Shown: in pieces, positions 38,255-50,140 of the stretch | How positions within the stretch are numbered: the stretch's first letter is position 1 | Layout of the letters: each line of letters begins with the position of its first letter | NCBI GenBank assembly: GCA_976551045.1 | Contig: CDPCPM010000074.1 | Location: 7,502,001-7,566,000 of the forward strand | From: Glaucostegus cemiculus | Lineage: Eukaryota | Direction of reading: 5' to 3' | Length of the DNA: 64,000 bases | Translations under genes and position numbers: made by a program | The notes under the pieces: model-generated | What the model saw: only the letters and a program-made list of their open reading frames with translations | The model's database searches: none | Told to the model about the DNA's origin: nothing

Positions 38255-39939
38255 ACCTCTTGAGCCTCTCCTTTGATTTTTTTTGTTTGCTTTTCCAGCA
38301 ATAAGGATATGGACCTAATGGATTTATTTTAGACATGGATTGAGATTATCTGTTGAACTGCTGCTATTGACATTTCTCAAGGCTTTCTTAAATATTTTCC
38401 CCTCTTTAAAACTTGGATCATCAACCTTTTCTAAAAATAACCTTTTGATAGTCTGTTTTACAAACTGCCACCCCTTCTCTAATCTCCCTTTTCCTTATTG
38501 TTGCCTTATGACGGCACAAAGGAGTGGTTTGTACTATAGTGAATCCATGTTTACTCCTACGCTCTGTAATAATGATACCCAATGGTCTAGAAATGTCTTT
38601 GGTATATTCAGAAAGAGGCAGATGTTGCTTGTAATTAGCATCCTTTTTCTCAGAATTAAAATTGGTTCTCTTTTTTTTCTCCCTGAAACTGATGGAAAAG
38701 ATTTGCAGCTAAGTATAACAACTCTTTACAATCAGCGTTTTTTTGTGGCTGTATTTTGTTAGCCAAGCCCAATTTTCAAAGCAAAAATGTATTTACCTGG
38801 TTCATCATAATGAAAAAGTTACAAGAGGCCATTTTGCAACGTAAAGATATATATTTGGCACTTCTATATTTGTTCTTAACTAATTAACTTTTTTGGTTTT
38901 TCTGGCTGAGACTCAAATTCCAGCCATCAGTTATTATGCTCTGTTCTTCAATTCAATCTTAAAATGTGTAGTCTGGAGCATTGCTTCACTTTTTTAAAAC
39001 AGTTTTATATTGATGAAGACCAATTTTTCAAAGGAACATTTTTATACTCTTCAGATGGCAGCTTTTAGAGAACTAGTCTGTTTGCCAACCTGTAGCATTG
39101 AAGGAAGCAGCTGGTAGTCTTACTGCTAAGATTAACCAATGTGATCCTACACTGTGATGGAATTGTTGCTCTGGGGAAGAATGACTATATTGGACATGCA
39201 TTGGAAGGAGGACACGATAATGAAAAATATCTTTGATAATGTGGTAATGGCTAAATTACAGATTAACCAGAGAGGTTCTGATCAGTCTGTAATATTCATC
39301 AGTTGGTATTTCTTGATGTAAAAGGGGTTATATGGTGGGGAAATCTTATGTATTCTTGACCTTTTTAGGAATAACAGTAGTATAATATTTAGCAGCTGAG
39401 TTTGCTTGACCAAGAGGGATTTCTCTTTACTTTCAGATACTGGTGAACATCCCCTTGTAATCCCAAAACCTGAAGTGTTCTTTTTTTTCTCTCTATGCCT
39501 TGTAAATGTAGTGATTGAATTTCCAACTGTTCCTCTGGGGGAATATTCTCTCTATCATCTTCGTGAAGCCTTTCCCAGAAAACCATGCTATAAATTGAAT
39601 TTCCATGCAATTTTAAAACTCTTTAGGATATAATTTAAAATTGCAACTTGTAAATTGGCCATTTGTATTAACATTTCTTCTGCAGTGTCTGCAGTTTTTT
39701 CCAAAGAGATTGGGTTTGTTATATACAGTGAAGCCCATAAGATTATAGCTATTGAAATGTCCTTAATTCTTAGTATCAATAATCAAACCTCTCATCTCCA
39801 TAATTTTAGTTTTTAACACTATATTTGTAGCTTGGGAGATGTTCCATTATGCCTTTAAAAAAAAATCTAGCAGTATAACCAACTAAATGGAATAAATGTG
39901 AATGGTGCACATGGTGTGGAGCTGATATTTGATGATTTG

Positions 39940-40900
39940 TCCACTCTCTGGGATCTGGGCATTAATGGCAAAGCCAGCAATTTCTCATTCCTAATTGCCT
40001 TTGAGAAGGTGAGCTGCTTTCTTGAACTACTGCAGTTGGTGTTTCCCATGGTGCTCTCAGCCAGGATTGGGACCCAGTGATGAAGGAATGGGGGACATAT
40101 CTCCAAGTGAGGAGGGCCTGTCACTTGCAGGGGAGCATACAAATGATGACATACCATGTTTGTGGTAAAGCTGCTGGTATGGTTGAAGTTGGAGTAGCCT
40201 AGGTAAGTAACAGCAGTGGATTTTGTAGATAATGCAGACAAGATGACACTCGGTCACTACACCAGTGGTGGAGGGAATAGATGTTTAATGGGGTGTCAAT
40301 CAATTGATTACTGGATGGTGTAGAGCTGTTAGGGTTGGAGCTCTACTCATCCAGACAACTGAAGATCTTTCCATTGCGCTCTTGATTTCCACCTTGTGGA
40401 TGGTAGAAAGGCTTTGGATAGTGGGAGAAGAGTTGCTCATTGTAGGATAGCCTGTCTCTGCTTTTGTTGCCACATTATTGCTGTGGCCAGTTCAGATGAG
40501 TTTCTTGTCAATGGTGACCCCCAGCATGCTGATGGTGTGGGACATGTCTTTGACATTCAACATTATCACCAACACTAAGTGGTTACATCTGTTTGGAGCT
40601 GGTCCCTGCCTGGCACATTTTTGGCACTGAAGTTGCTTCCCATTTATCAACCTATGACTGCATGTTGTCTGTGTCTTGCTACAAGTAATGCAGTGTCTGC
40701 TGAGGAACTGCAAGTGGAATTAAATATTGTGCCATTGTTAGCGAACATCCTCACTTCCCACCTTGTGATGAGATGAAGGTCATTGAAGAAAGTGCTGAAG
40801 ATGGTTTAGGCTAAGAGCTCACTCCTGAGGCTTGGATGATTGAACTAAGAAAGCATAACCTTTGTCGATTTTGTGTGTGGCATGACTCCAACTACTGAAG
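39940..40900 (-). mobile_element. Non-LTR retrotransposon RT C-terminal remnant
   Basis: Minus-strand SHTISMLGVTIDKKL followed by a decayed post-RT region. Clade not assigned. Confidence 0.65.
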
Positions 40901-42821
40901 TGTTTCACTTGCAGCACTATGCTCCTTTATGTCATAAGTGCTGCTGTTATCAGAAATTATTTTGGTCAGTAACATTATTTTGGTGTTAAACATTTTTACT
41001 CTATCATGATTCTATTGGACACCCACATAATGTGGTGTGCTCACTTCTCAAATAGTAACAGTTTCACAGAACTTCAGTTTTAACCAAGAGTTTAGGGATA
41101 GTTAATGTGCTGCCCTTGTAAGTAAACATCTACCTTTCGATGTATATTTGCTGTGTTTCAAACATTCCTGAAGATGTTATGTGATCCTTTAAAGATTTTT
41201 GCCTGTAGTCACACTGGCTACAGTGCCCTTGTCTCCATCTTCAGTACCTTCAATGACTGTCTGCCCATTCCAAGGTTAGAGAGGATGTTCACTGATTGCA
41301 AATGCTCAGTCCACACTAGTTCCATGCTGTGGAGGTTTAATATCATTTGTCTACTGATGTGCTTGTAGGAAAATAATTTTGTCTAATTAGTGGGTTGGTA
41401 TGATTTACACTGTAACTTCCTTAATAAAGGCTTTTGTGTTCAGTGGATTAAGTACAATGTGCAATCCAGGCGAAGGAATGGAGGGATTTTTCCTTCCCAA
41501 ATCATTGAGTTGCTCTATTTGGACACTCACTTCCAAATAAGTGACCATTGAAGTCTGACCCTTTCTTCAAAGAAATATCTTGAGTCAGGGATTGTGCACT
41601 TTGGCTGTTGATCTATTAACAAAGGCCACCTCAGTGGACTCTCAGCCCATGTTGATGCAGTGACCAAATAGCAAGGTACAAGAGTTTGTTGTGGTGTTTT
41701 AGCCTTGAGGAATGATTCTTTTGTCTAGAATAGATGGCAAGGTTATTCTGAGATTACAAAGTTCGGGGAGATCAGTAAATGACAATGTTGGATGTGGCAG
41801 GTAACTTTTACCTACCTCATTCCACTGTTGATGCACTTTTGTCAGTCTCATCTGTTTCTTTTGTTTCCTAATGTGTCATATTTGAAAATTATTAATATTT
41901 TGTTTTTGTCCATTTGTAAGTTTTACAAAAGCTGAGATGAAAACCACCTCCCTTTTGCTGTTCTCATTTTAAATTAATGAAAGTTATTATTTTTTGGAAG
42001 GCTTGTTTTAAGACAACTCATTTTACTTTTCAGGGATAGGTTCATTCCTTTAGATTGAGAATCTTGTTTTTCAAGGAATGTATCATGCTTTTTTACTTGA
42101 CTACCCAAATGAACGTGATAGTTTTAAGTCTTAATCTTGGTGCAAATGATCTTTGTCTTAACCTTGATTCTTCTCCCCAGATAAAACTTAAGGTATTGCA
42201 CCATAAACTTGTATTTCAGTAGGATTAAATACTTCCAGTTAATTATATCTTCATGTCATATTTGGCATACCAACTAGTAAAAGTAAGTTTATTATGACTA
42301 CAGGCATAAGAAATAGCTGTGAAAATCTTGCAGTCTAAGAACAAGAGATTGGCTCATTAAAATAGTTTTTTTTGGAGTGTTGAATTGCAGGTGGTGCTTG
42401 ACAGGGTAGGTGGATTGTTTTGGATGCTCTCCTTTCTCTTGCTGTTTGTACACTAACTCTGTGTGCTTCCATTATAGAAACTGTTTTGGTGCTTTCCCAG
42501 ATGCTCCTTTCCCATTTGTCAACTATCGACCCCTGGTTGAATGGAAGTTTCCATCAGTTCCATTTTGGTAAAATTGAAACCATCCTTTTGGTCTCCTGCC
42601 AGTAAATGAATGCCTCCTGGCCCTTGCTCCATCAACATCGGTGGTTAGCACCATAAACAACTGCTGGAGGAGTGGAATTTTGGCACTATCTAATCCTGCA
42701 GTTCCTCCTGTTCCAAGCTCTGGGTGCCAGAACTTTTTTCCTTTTTCTCCTTAATCATTTCTCAAGCCCATCCTTTCATGTTACCCACCAGTGCTGAAAA
42801 TTTAAGTGGCCCTCACCTCAG

Positions 42822-43605
42822 TTATACAGCATGAAAACATGCCTTTTGGACTAATTAACACTATTACACCACCAGTGACCTGGGTTCAATTCTGGCTGCT
42901 GTCTGTAAGGAGTTTGCATGTTCTCCCTGTGTCTGTGTGGGTTCCCTCCAGTTTCCTCCCACATTCCAAAGATGTATGGGTTAAGAAATTATGGGTATGG
43001 TATATCAGCACTGGAAGTGTGGCGATACTAGTGTTCTGCCCTCAGAACATTCTATACAGAAGATGCATTTCACTGTGTTTCAATATACATGTGACTAATA
43101 AAGATCTCTCTTATAATTGGTCCGTGCTGACCAAGATTCCTATCTAAGCTAGTCCCATATCCCTCTTAAACCCTTACTCTCCATGTAACTACCCAAGTGC
43201 CTTTTTAATTGTTAATGTACTCCCCTCAACCACTTCCTGTGGCAACTCATTCCACATACCACCTTCTGTGTGGGGGGGAAGTTGCCCCTCGGGATCCTAT
43301 TAAATCTCTCCCCTCAAACCTGTGCCCTCCAGTTCTTGATTCCCTGACCCTGGGGAAAAAGACTGCATTTGCCCTATCTATTGCCCCCCACCATGATTTT
43401 GTACACCTCCTATAAGATTACCCCTCATTTTCTTGCACTCCAGTGAAAAAAGATCCAACCTGCTCAACCTCTTCATAACTGTCCCTTGAGTTCCAGCAAC
43501 ATCTTAGTAAACCTTCTCTGCACTCTTTCCAGTCTAATGGTATCTTTCCTACAGTAGGGCAACCAAAACTGAACACAGTATTCCAAATATAGCCTCCCCA
43601 CACCT
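42822..43605 (-). mobile_element. CR1 3' portion interrupted by a V-SINE
   Basis: The minus strand at about 43490-43590 reads LEYCVQFWLPYCRKDTIRLERVQRRFTKML. Tail pieces at 42822-42855 and from 43115 onward. Confidence 0.8.
42858..43110 (+). mobile_element. V-SINE, subfamily with a non-CR1 tail
   Basis: gggttcaattc B box, V-domain, tail catttcactgtgtttcaatatacatgtgactaataaagatct. Confidence 0.8.
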
Positions 43606-44329
43606 GAAGGTTAATCTTTTCACTGTCCTCCTTTTCTGGCCTTCCTCCAACCTCCATAGACTCTCCCATAGTCCTACTGACCAACTGTGGTCAATTTTCT
43701 CTGCCTCTATTGTGAAAATTCTCATTGCTTTCATGACCCTGTTCTGTTGAGGTCTACTTGAATAAGTACTATTTGGGTTTCTAAGTGAATTACTCATTCC
43801 TTGGTGGGTTGATTCTATTCATCAATATAATTTCACATCCTGAATAAACAGTTCAAATATTCAAGTCATGATCCAGAAATGTGAGTGCAGAATCCAGGTT
43901 AAAGCTTTGGTGTACTGTTTGTGGGAGTGCTGCATAGGTGTGAAAACTGTCTCCTTTTTGCCCTCCTTGGGAAGACCCAATTTCTCCCATGATGCAGTTT
44001 AAGATTAGAGGGTTCTCCAGTTGCCTTACTCAACCTATATTAGTCAGCCAACAGAAATCAAAATTATTCTCATTACATGCATCAGAGTAGTTACTAACAG
44101 CAATGCTCCAGCTAATAAGTTGGTTATGGACTGGAGCTTGTATTTTGCAGCAGATTGTCTATTATTCAGCAAATAAAATGTGTTTGGACTGATAGAAATG
44201 ACCTTTTCCAAGTACTAGTGTGGCGATTTCTGCAGAAAGTTGTGGAGGATATTTACAGCTAAATTATGATGAAATTTCTCTAGGTTACTTGCAACGGGCC
44301 ACCATACTTGAATGGGGGAGTTACTCGAT

Positions 44330-44505
44330 TGCCACTCTTCCTGCAAAAGGCATTCTGCTCTATGTAGGTTTGCTCCATTGTTGTGGGATGCTCTTGTGGT
44401 TACAATGGCTTCCACTTTGTTAGTGATTATGTTTTGTAAATACTTCCTTAATGCACTCAACAGCTGCATTTTTAATTGGTGCTGTATAAAGGAAAGTTCC
44501 CTCAT
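44330..44505 (+). mobile_element. DeuSINE remnant
   Basis: tgctccattgttgtgggatgctcttgtggttacaatggcttccactttg...gtgctgtataaaggaaagtt. Confidence 0.4.
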
Positions 44506-44814
44506 TCTTTAACTGGGTTAATCTCAGTGAATCATTGTTCACTTCTGCTTCAGATCTGTTGCTCATGGCAAGGTTGCACAGTGAAATGACTCTTCCAATT
44601 CACCAGAGATCTACTACTCTTATTCCTAACTCCACCCATCATTTCATTGCAATTTATTTTTAACTTTTAAAAATAACCCACAAACTTTTAATCATGCCAG
44701 CCTTCTGCAAAGCCTTCAGTATAACTTTGATACAAGTTTTCAAATAAATACCATCTCATTCCTCCCTTTGCCGAAGATTTGTCACTAATTACAACTGCCT
44801 ATTACAATTGTCAC

Positions 44815-45050
44815 TAACGGCCACTGCCTGTAAGGAGTTTGTACGTTCTCCCCGTGTCTGTGTGGGTTTCCTCCAAGTGCTTGAGTTTCCTCCCACATTC
44901 CAAAGACGTACAGGTTAGGAAGTTATGGGCATGCTATATTGGCACCAGAAGCATGGCAGCACTTGCAGGCTGCCCCCCCCAAAAAATTACTACACACAAA
45001 ATGTATTTCACTGTTTTGATGTACATGTGACAAATAAAGATCTTATCTTA
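44815..45050 (+). mobile_element. 5'-truncated V-SINE (same subfamily as 42858-43110)
   Basis: tgtaaggagtttgtacgttctccccgtgtctgtgtgggtttcctcc...gtacatgtgacaaataaagatct. Confidence 0.8.
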
Positions 45051-46599
45051 ACTGCAATGATACAATTCTGTTAATTACTCTGTGCCACACTCACATTACA
45101 ACAGGAGCCACATTGGCTGAATAACTTATTGGAAATGTTTCCACTAGTGCCACTTGACTGTTATTGTGATCATTCAGTACTAAGTTTACAACCAGATTTG
45201 CAGGTCTTGCTTTAAAGATGAATAACAAGCCCCAGGAGAGGGAAAACATTTGAAACTTTTTTCTGTAATATATTACTTTTGGTTCTCCATAATTTCGGAC
45301 AAAACAGGCATGCCAGACTCCTCCATTGAGGACATGTTTTTGTAGTTCTGTAGTAATAGTGGGCTTTGCCCTTCCTTTCGCAGGACGACAGCTTCCTCCG
45401 ATGTAGGGGTTTCCTGTGGAATGTAGTTAAGCCCTACTGTAAAGGAAATGTTTCATTTTAGTTAGCTGCATGCTGTTCACTAAAGGTCTTTGTAGGGCAG
45501 GCTTTTTTCTAGATTTCTTCAATTGCATCTCCAACCACAATGAAAACTTTGTATTCTGGTGTTTTCTTTCTAGTTTGCAGAACAGTTTGCTAATGAAATA
45601 GTTAGCAAGTACTTTCTTATAGGCAACCAGCCAACAAAGTAAATTGATGTAAAGCTGCCTTGAATAAATGAGCCTGCATCTTCTGCAGAAGCTCCCAGTG
45701 AAAATTTCTGCTAGAATGAGAGCTTAAAGCAACCATCATTGTTATCAAATCATTGAATATACAGGTTTATGTGTAATGAAATTGGCCTTCAAAGTTGCTG
45801 TGATATTTCAATTGATAAACCTATTAAGGCTGATTTTTCTGCCAGAATTGTCCTGACAGCCTTTAACTTTGGCACATGGAATGGCAAGGAAATCACAAAT
45901 GACAGAAACACATGTGTCTGATTAAGTCATAATTTTAACATATTAATGTATTCACCAAAATTTGTAGCAGCTTGTAGCGTAAGATGACCCTGTGAAGTAA
46001 AGTCAATGTTTGTGCTTTCAGTGAGGATGTGCCTAAAAGGTATGTGAGTTGCCAAATCAACACAGCTGTACCTTTTTTAACATCAGTGGGTAACTCAGTG
46101 AGGGTATTGGGAGAACTAAATTTATCTTTGTGTTTCAGGATATTGTAACATAACAGTAAATTAGAATCTGTATAGATCCTATTTCTACAAAAATGCTTGG
46201 GAGGGCATTTTGGTTTCATTGTTTTGTACTTGGATAAAAGTATGATGAGCTTGCCGGTGCAGTGCAATTGGAGTAGAATAAGCAAGATGCACAAGGTTTA
46301 AGTAGTTCTTAACATCACTCAATGATTCATAATTTTTTGTCTCAACAGTTGGTCAGCATTGGAATCTATGTTCTTAACCTATATCACCAATCTTTAACTG
46401 GAGGGATGTATCTTGTGTGACTGGGGGGTAGTGGTGGCAAGGAGGTGCAAGGTGGTGACATTTATAACCATAGTGGTGATTTGAAGCACTGACATTGTCA
46501 ATAGACAAAGTGGTGGCTGGCCCATTTGAGTACCAGGAAGTATGGGGAGCAAAGGTACTGACCAAAACTCCGTACAAGAAGATTTGATTTGTCCCTATA

Positions 46600-46905
46600 T
46601 GCATTCTTTGGCTGAGGACCACTTACTGGGTTCATTGTACACAATGTGACCTCTATGTTGGAGACCTCAAAAGCAGATGGGGTGATGGTTTGCAAGCACT
46701 TGTGCCCAGTCTGCATGAGTGTTTCTGAGATTTGAGTTACTTGCAATTTTAATTTGCCATCCCATTCCAACTCTAATTTCTTTCTGTGGCCTCCTGCACA
46801 CTTACAGTGAGGTGCAATATAACCTTGAGGAACAACATCTCACTTTTCATCTCGACGCATTGTAGCCTGCGGGGCTCCATTGAACTCTCCAACTTCAGAT
46901 AACTT
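46600..46905 (+). mobile_element. Older Penelope-like GIY-YIG fragment
   Basis: YWVHCTQCDLYVGD, then ggcctcctgcac...cttgaggaacaacatctcactttt...attgaactctccaacttcagataa, parallel to 12880-13147. Confidence 0.7.
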
Positions 46906-47119
46906 GCTCTCTTCTGTCTGTATCAGGACTGGCCACTTTTGCTTGCTGTCCTTCTCCTCATGCCTCTGGGATTAACTGCCACAAACTATAACTATCATCC
47001 ATTCTGAGAGGAATGACACCAACTATTGGAGATTCCCCCTTGTCGTCCCCCCCCCCCCCATACACTTTTTACCAAGGCCCTTTGCACTCTATCAGATGCT
47101 ACCCTGATATTGAAAATAA

Positions 47120-48830
47120 TTGCTGTCACCTTGCCTCTGGAATTTGGCTGTTTGGTCCTTGTTTTGAACTGAGGCAGGATGAGATCTGGGGTTGAGTGGT
47201 CTTGGGGGAAACATAAACTGGGTTATTGGCAAATGAGTGCCACTAGATAACACACTGAAGATACTTTGCTGATTGAAGGTAGACTGAGCAGTAATTAACC
47301 AGATTTAATTTGTCAGACTCTTTGTGAAGGTGTACATCACATTGTCAGGTAGATGACAATGTTGTTACTGTACCAGAATAGCTTGATTAACTACAGTCAG
47401 TGCTGGTCTTTAGTATTACAGTTGTATTTTTTTTGTGGTCCCATTGTCTTTGCTGTATCTAGAGTCTTTGTTTCTTGTAATCACTTAATGAATTGAATTA
47501 ATTGAAGACTGGAATTTGGTGAGGAATTTGGAAGAGCTGAGATGGTTCATCCATTTGGTATTTCTGGCAGAATATTGTTACCAATACTTTAGCCTTGTCT
47601 TTAGTACTCACATGCAGGGCCCCATCAAGGATGGAGATGTTCTACTCCTACTCTTATGACTGGAGTGCAGAAGTTTGAACTACTGTCTGATTGTTTGGCT
47701 CTATTCATTGACTGCTGCTTAGCTTCACTAGTTGGCACCTAATGCTGCTCCTGTCATGCATGCCTTTGGCTTGATATTGGTGATTAGACCAAGGGATCTG
47801 CTGGGCCATATTGTTACCATATTGTGGTAACTTTGTTTCTGTTGATGGTCTGCAACATCTCATAGATGCCCAATTTTAGGATGAATGTAGTGCCACAAAG
47901 CATAGATGGGGACCTTGTCACCACACAGTGATCACTTTTCCCAATGCTGGTGTGGATGGGTAGATTGGAAAAGTTGGGTAGGTTTGTACCTCAGCTGGTT
48001 TGATCACCATCTTCTGCATATCCAAACCTGGCAGGCAAGCTTTTCTGGACTTGACCTGCCTAGTTAGTGGCAGTGCCACCAAACCAGTATTGGTGACGGA
48101 TATTGTGCACTGTGGGGAACTTCATTTTGTGCTCTTGCAGCATTTTGCTTCTTCCACATGCTCATAAGGAAGAGTATTGATTCATCAGCTGAGAAAGAGT
48201 TGTAGATGGTGGTAGAGATTTCCTTGCTCTTTTGATCAGATACCATAAGACTAGGGATACATGAATGATAGAAAAATAGGGAGCTATGTGGGAGGGAAGG
48301 GTTAGATAGATCGTAGAGCAAGATAAAACATCAGGTTATAAACCTTGTGGGCTGAAGGGCCTGTACTTTGCTGTAATGTTCTAGGGGGTTTGCAGTCAAT
48401 GATGACTCAGGATTACTTCCTCTTTTATACCATGATGCTGCCAAATCTGGTGGGTCTGCCCTGCTGCTGTGATAAGATGTACCCAGGGATAATGTGATGG
48501 AGAAGTCCGGCATGTTGTCTAAAAGAATGACTCAGAGGATGATTATTGGACTGTTGCTTTACTAGCCTGTGGGACAGTTGTCCCAATTTGGACGCCAGTT
48601 CCAGATGCTTCAGAGGAGAATTTTTTAAAAGTTGACTGGGCTTGGAAATGAGTGTCCAGATTTGGTGTGTAGGCCAATGCTGTGTTCAATATGATTTTTT
48701 TTCTCTGTTTCAACACCACGGTTGTGATACAGTCGTGCTACTTGCTTGGGCATTTAAGAGTCAACCACCTTGTTGGGTTGGTAGTCACCCATAGGGAAGA
48801 CTAGGTAAGGATGGCAGATTTTCTCCACTT
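47120..48830 (-). mobile_element. Highly decayed LINE remnant with a nested + strand CR1 tail at about 48250-48383
   Basis: A CR1 tail (gggagggaagggttagatagat...gggctgaagggcctgtactttgctgtaatgttcta) is clear. The surrounding LINE call is weaker. Confidence 0.45.
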
Positions 48831-49224
48831 AAGGACATTGCTGCAAAAATTCATCAGCTTCACCAATCTGGTAGTTTTGTGGCCAGCATTGCTGGTTTGT
48901 TTCTATTTCAGAGCAATGGCCAGCCAGCTGTTGCAGAAATTTATTTGGCTGTTTTAAATATGAAAATGCAGTATTTTCAATGTAAGAATCTTTAGCATAA
49001 TTAACTCTCCTGATAGTACACAATCCAAAATAAGATTGGAAAACTAACAAGTGACTCTTAATAGTTTTGTCCTTGCCTGTTTTATAATGTGTAGACTTGG
49101 GTTTTCCTGTTTCAGTAAATATCGATTTGAAATTATGATGAATAGTTAAGGGAATCATTTTGAAATGTGGGAGTTAAAGGTAGTCAATGATTTTGCATGG
49201 TCATTGTTGTGAGAAATCAACATG

Positions 49225-49935
49225 ACTGTCACGTGACAGCAGTGACACTGACCCCCGCTGACCAGAGGACAGTATTGCTCTTTCTAATCTGAAGTCATCC
49301 TCCTGTCAATCAAGGTGCAGCTCCACCCACCCCTTAGGTGGGAGAGTATCCCTTGACCCCAAACCTGTCTAACCAGTTCTTTTGTCTTTGACCTCCTTTG
49401 ACCATTGGCTGTGGCAGAGGCTTTTGTCCTTGACCTGTCCACTATTGGCTCTTTCAAATGGTAACAGTAAGGCTCCACCCAGCCTTCCAGCACTATAAAA
49501 AGGACTGAGACCACAGCTCTTGCTCTTTCTACAACCTGGGAGTAGTGAGGTAACACTACAGAAACCTTCGGTAAGAGTGCGTCACCACATGGTCAAGGAG
49601 TGTTCCACTCAAACTCCGGGTAGTGTTAGAGCCAGTGCTAGGGTGGGCCCAGCACTGTAGTGTTATAGTCTGAAGTAGTATACTGTTACTTATTACCTGT
49701 GTGCATCAGCGTATGTGTGTTTATTTTACCCCTGTTGCGATCCCTCTCTCGTGTCTCGCGGGTATCCAAGTGTGTGTGTGTGTGTGTGTGTGAGTGAATG
49801 TACCCCCGTTCCCGTCCATCCTGCCCTGCGTTCTGTGTCTGTAGCTTATAATAAAGTTCTCTTTGTTAGTAAACCAAACGGTGTCCAGAATTCTTAATAC
49901 CCCCAAGACCCACATGAACCATTTCCGGGAACAGT
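49225..49935 (+). mobile_element. Solo LTR (ERV/Gypsy-like), about 0.71 kb
   Basis: TGT (49227)...ACA (49933), U3 direct repeats with ATTGG boxes, TATAAAA 49494-49500, a (TG)n tract at 49771-49792 and AATAAA 49850-49855. GC and CpG content are higher than in the flanks. Confidence 0.8.
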
Positions 49936-50140
49936 CATGCTTAACTAAGTTGGATCTTTATAAGGAGGTCAATGACGTAGTGAGTAAGGGTTGGACAATG
50001 GATGTTATATAGCTGAATTTCAAAAGTCACATACTGTTTGACATAAAAGGCTATTGCATAATTTTTGGATCTGATGGCAAGCTTTTAGTCCATGCACATG
50101 GGTAGTTGCTGATATGATGGAGTGTTTAGGGATTTTTTAT
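49936..50140 (+). mobile_element. CR1 reverse-transcriptase fragment (host of the LTR)
   Basis: SCLTKLDLYKEVNDVVSKGWTMDVI*LNFKS resembles CR1 SCLTNLxxFFEEVTxxVDxGxxVDVIYLDFxK. Confidence 0.65.

Noticed and set aside
38340-38762. 140-aa ORF and the many other 60-130 aa intronic ORFs
   Set aside because: Mostly non-ATG starts, Leu/Phe/Ser-rich composition expected from AT-rich DNA, and no motifs or exon structure.
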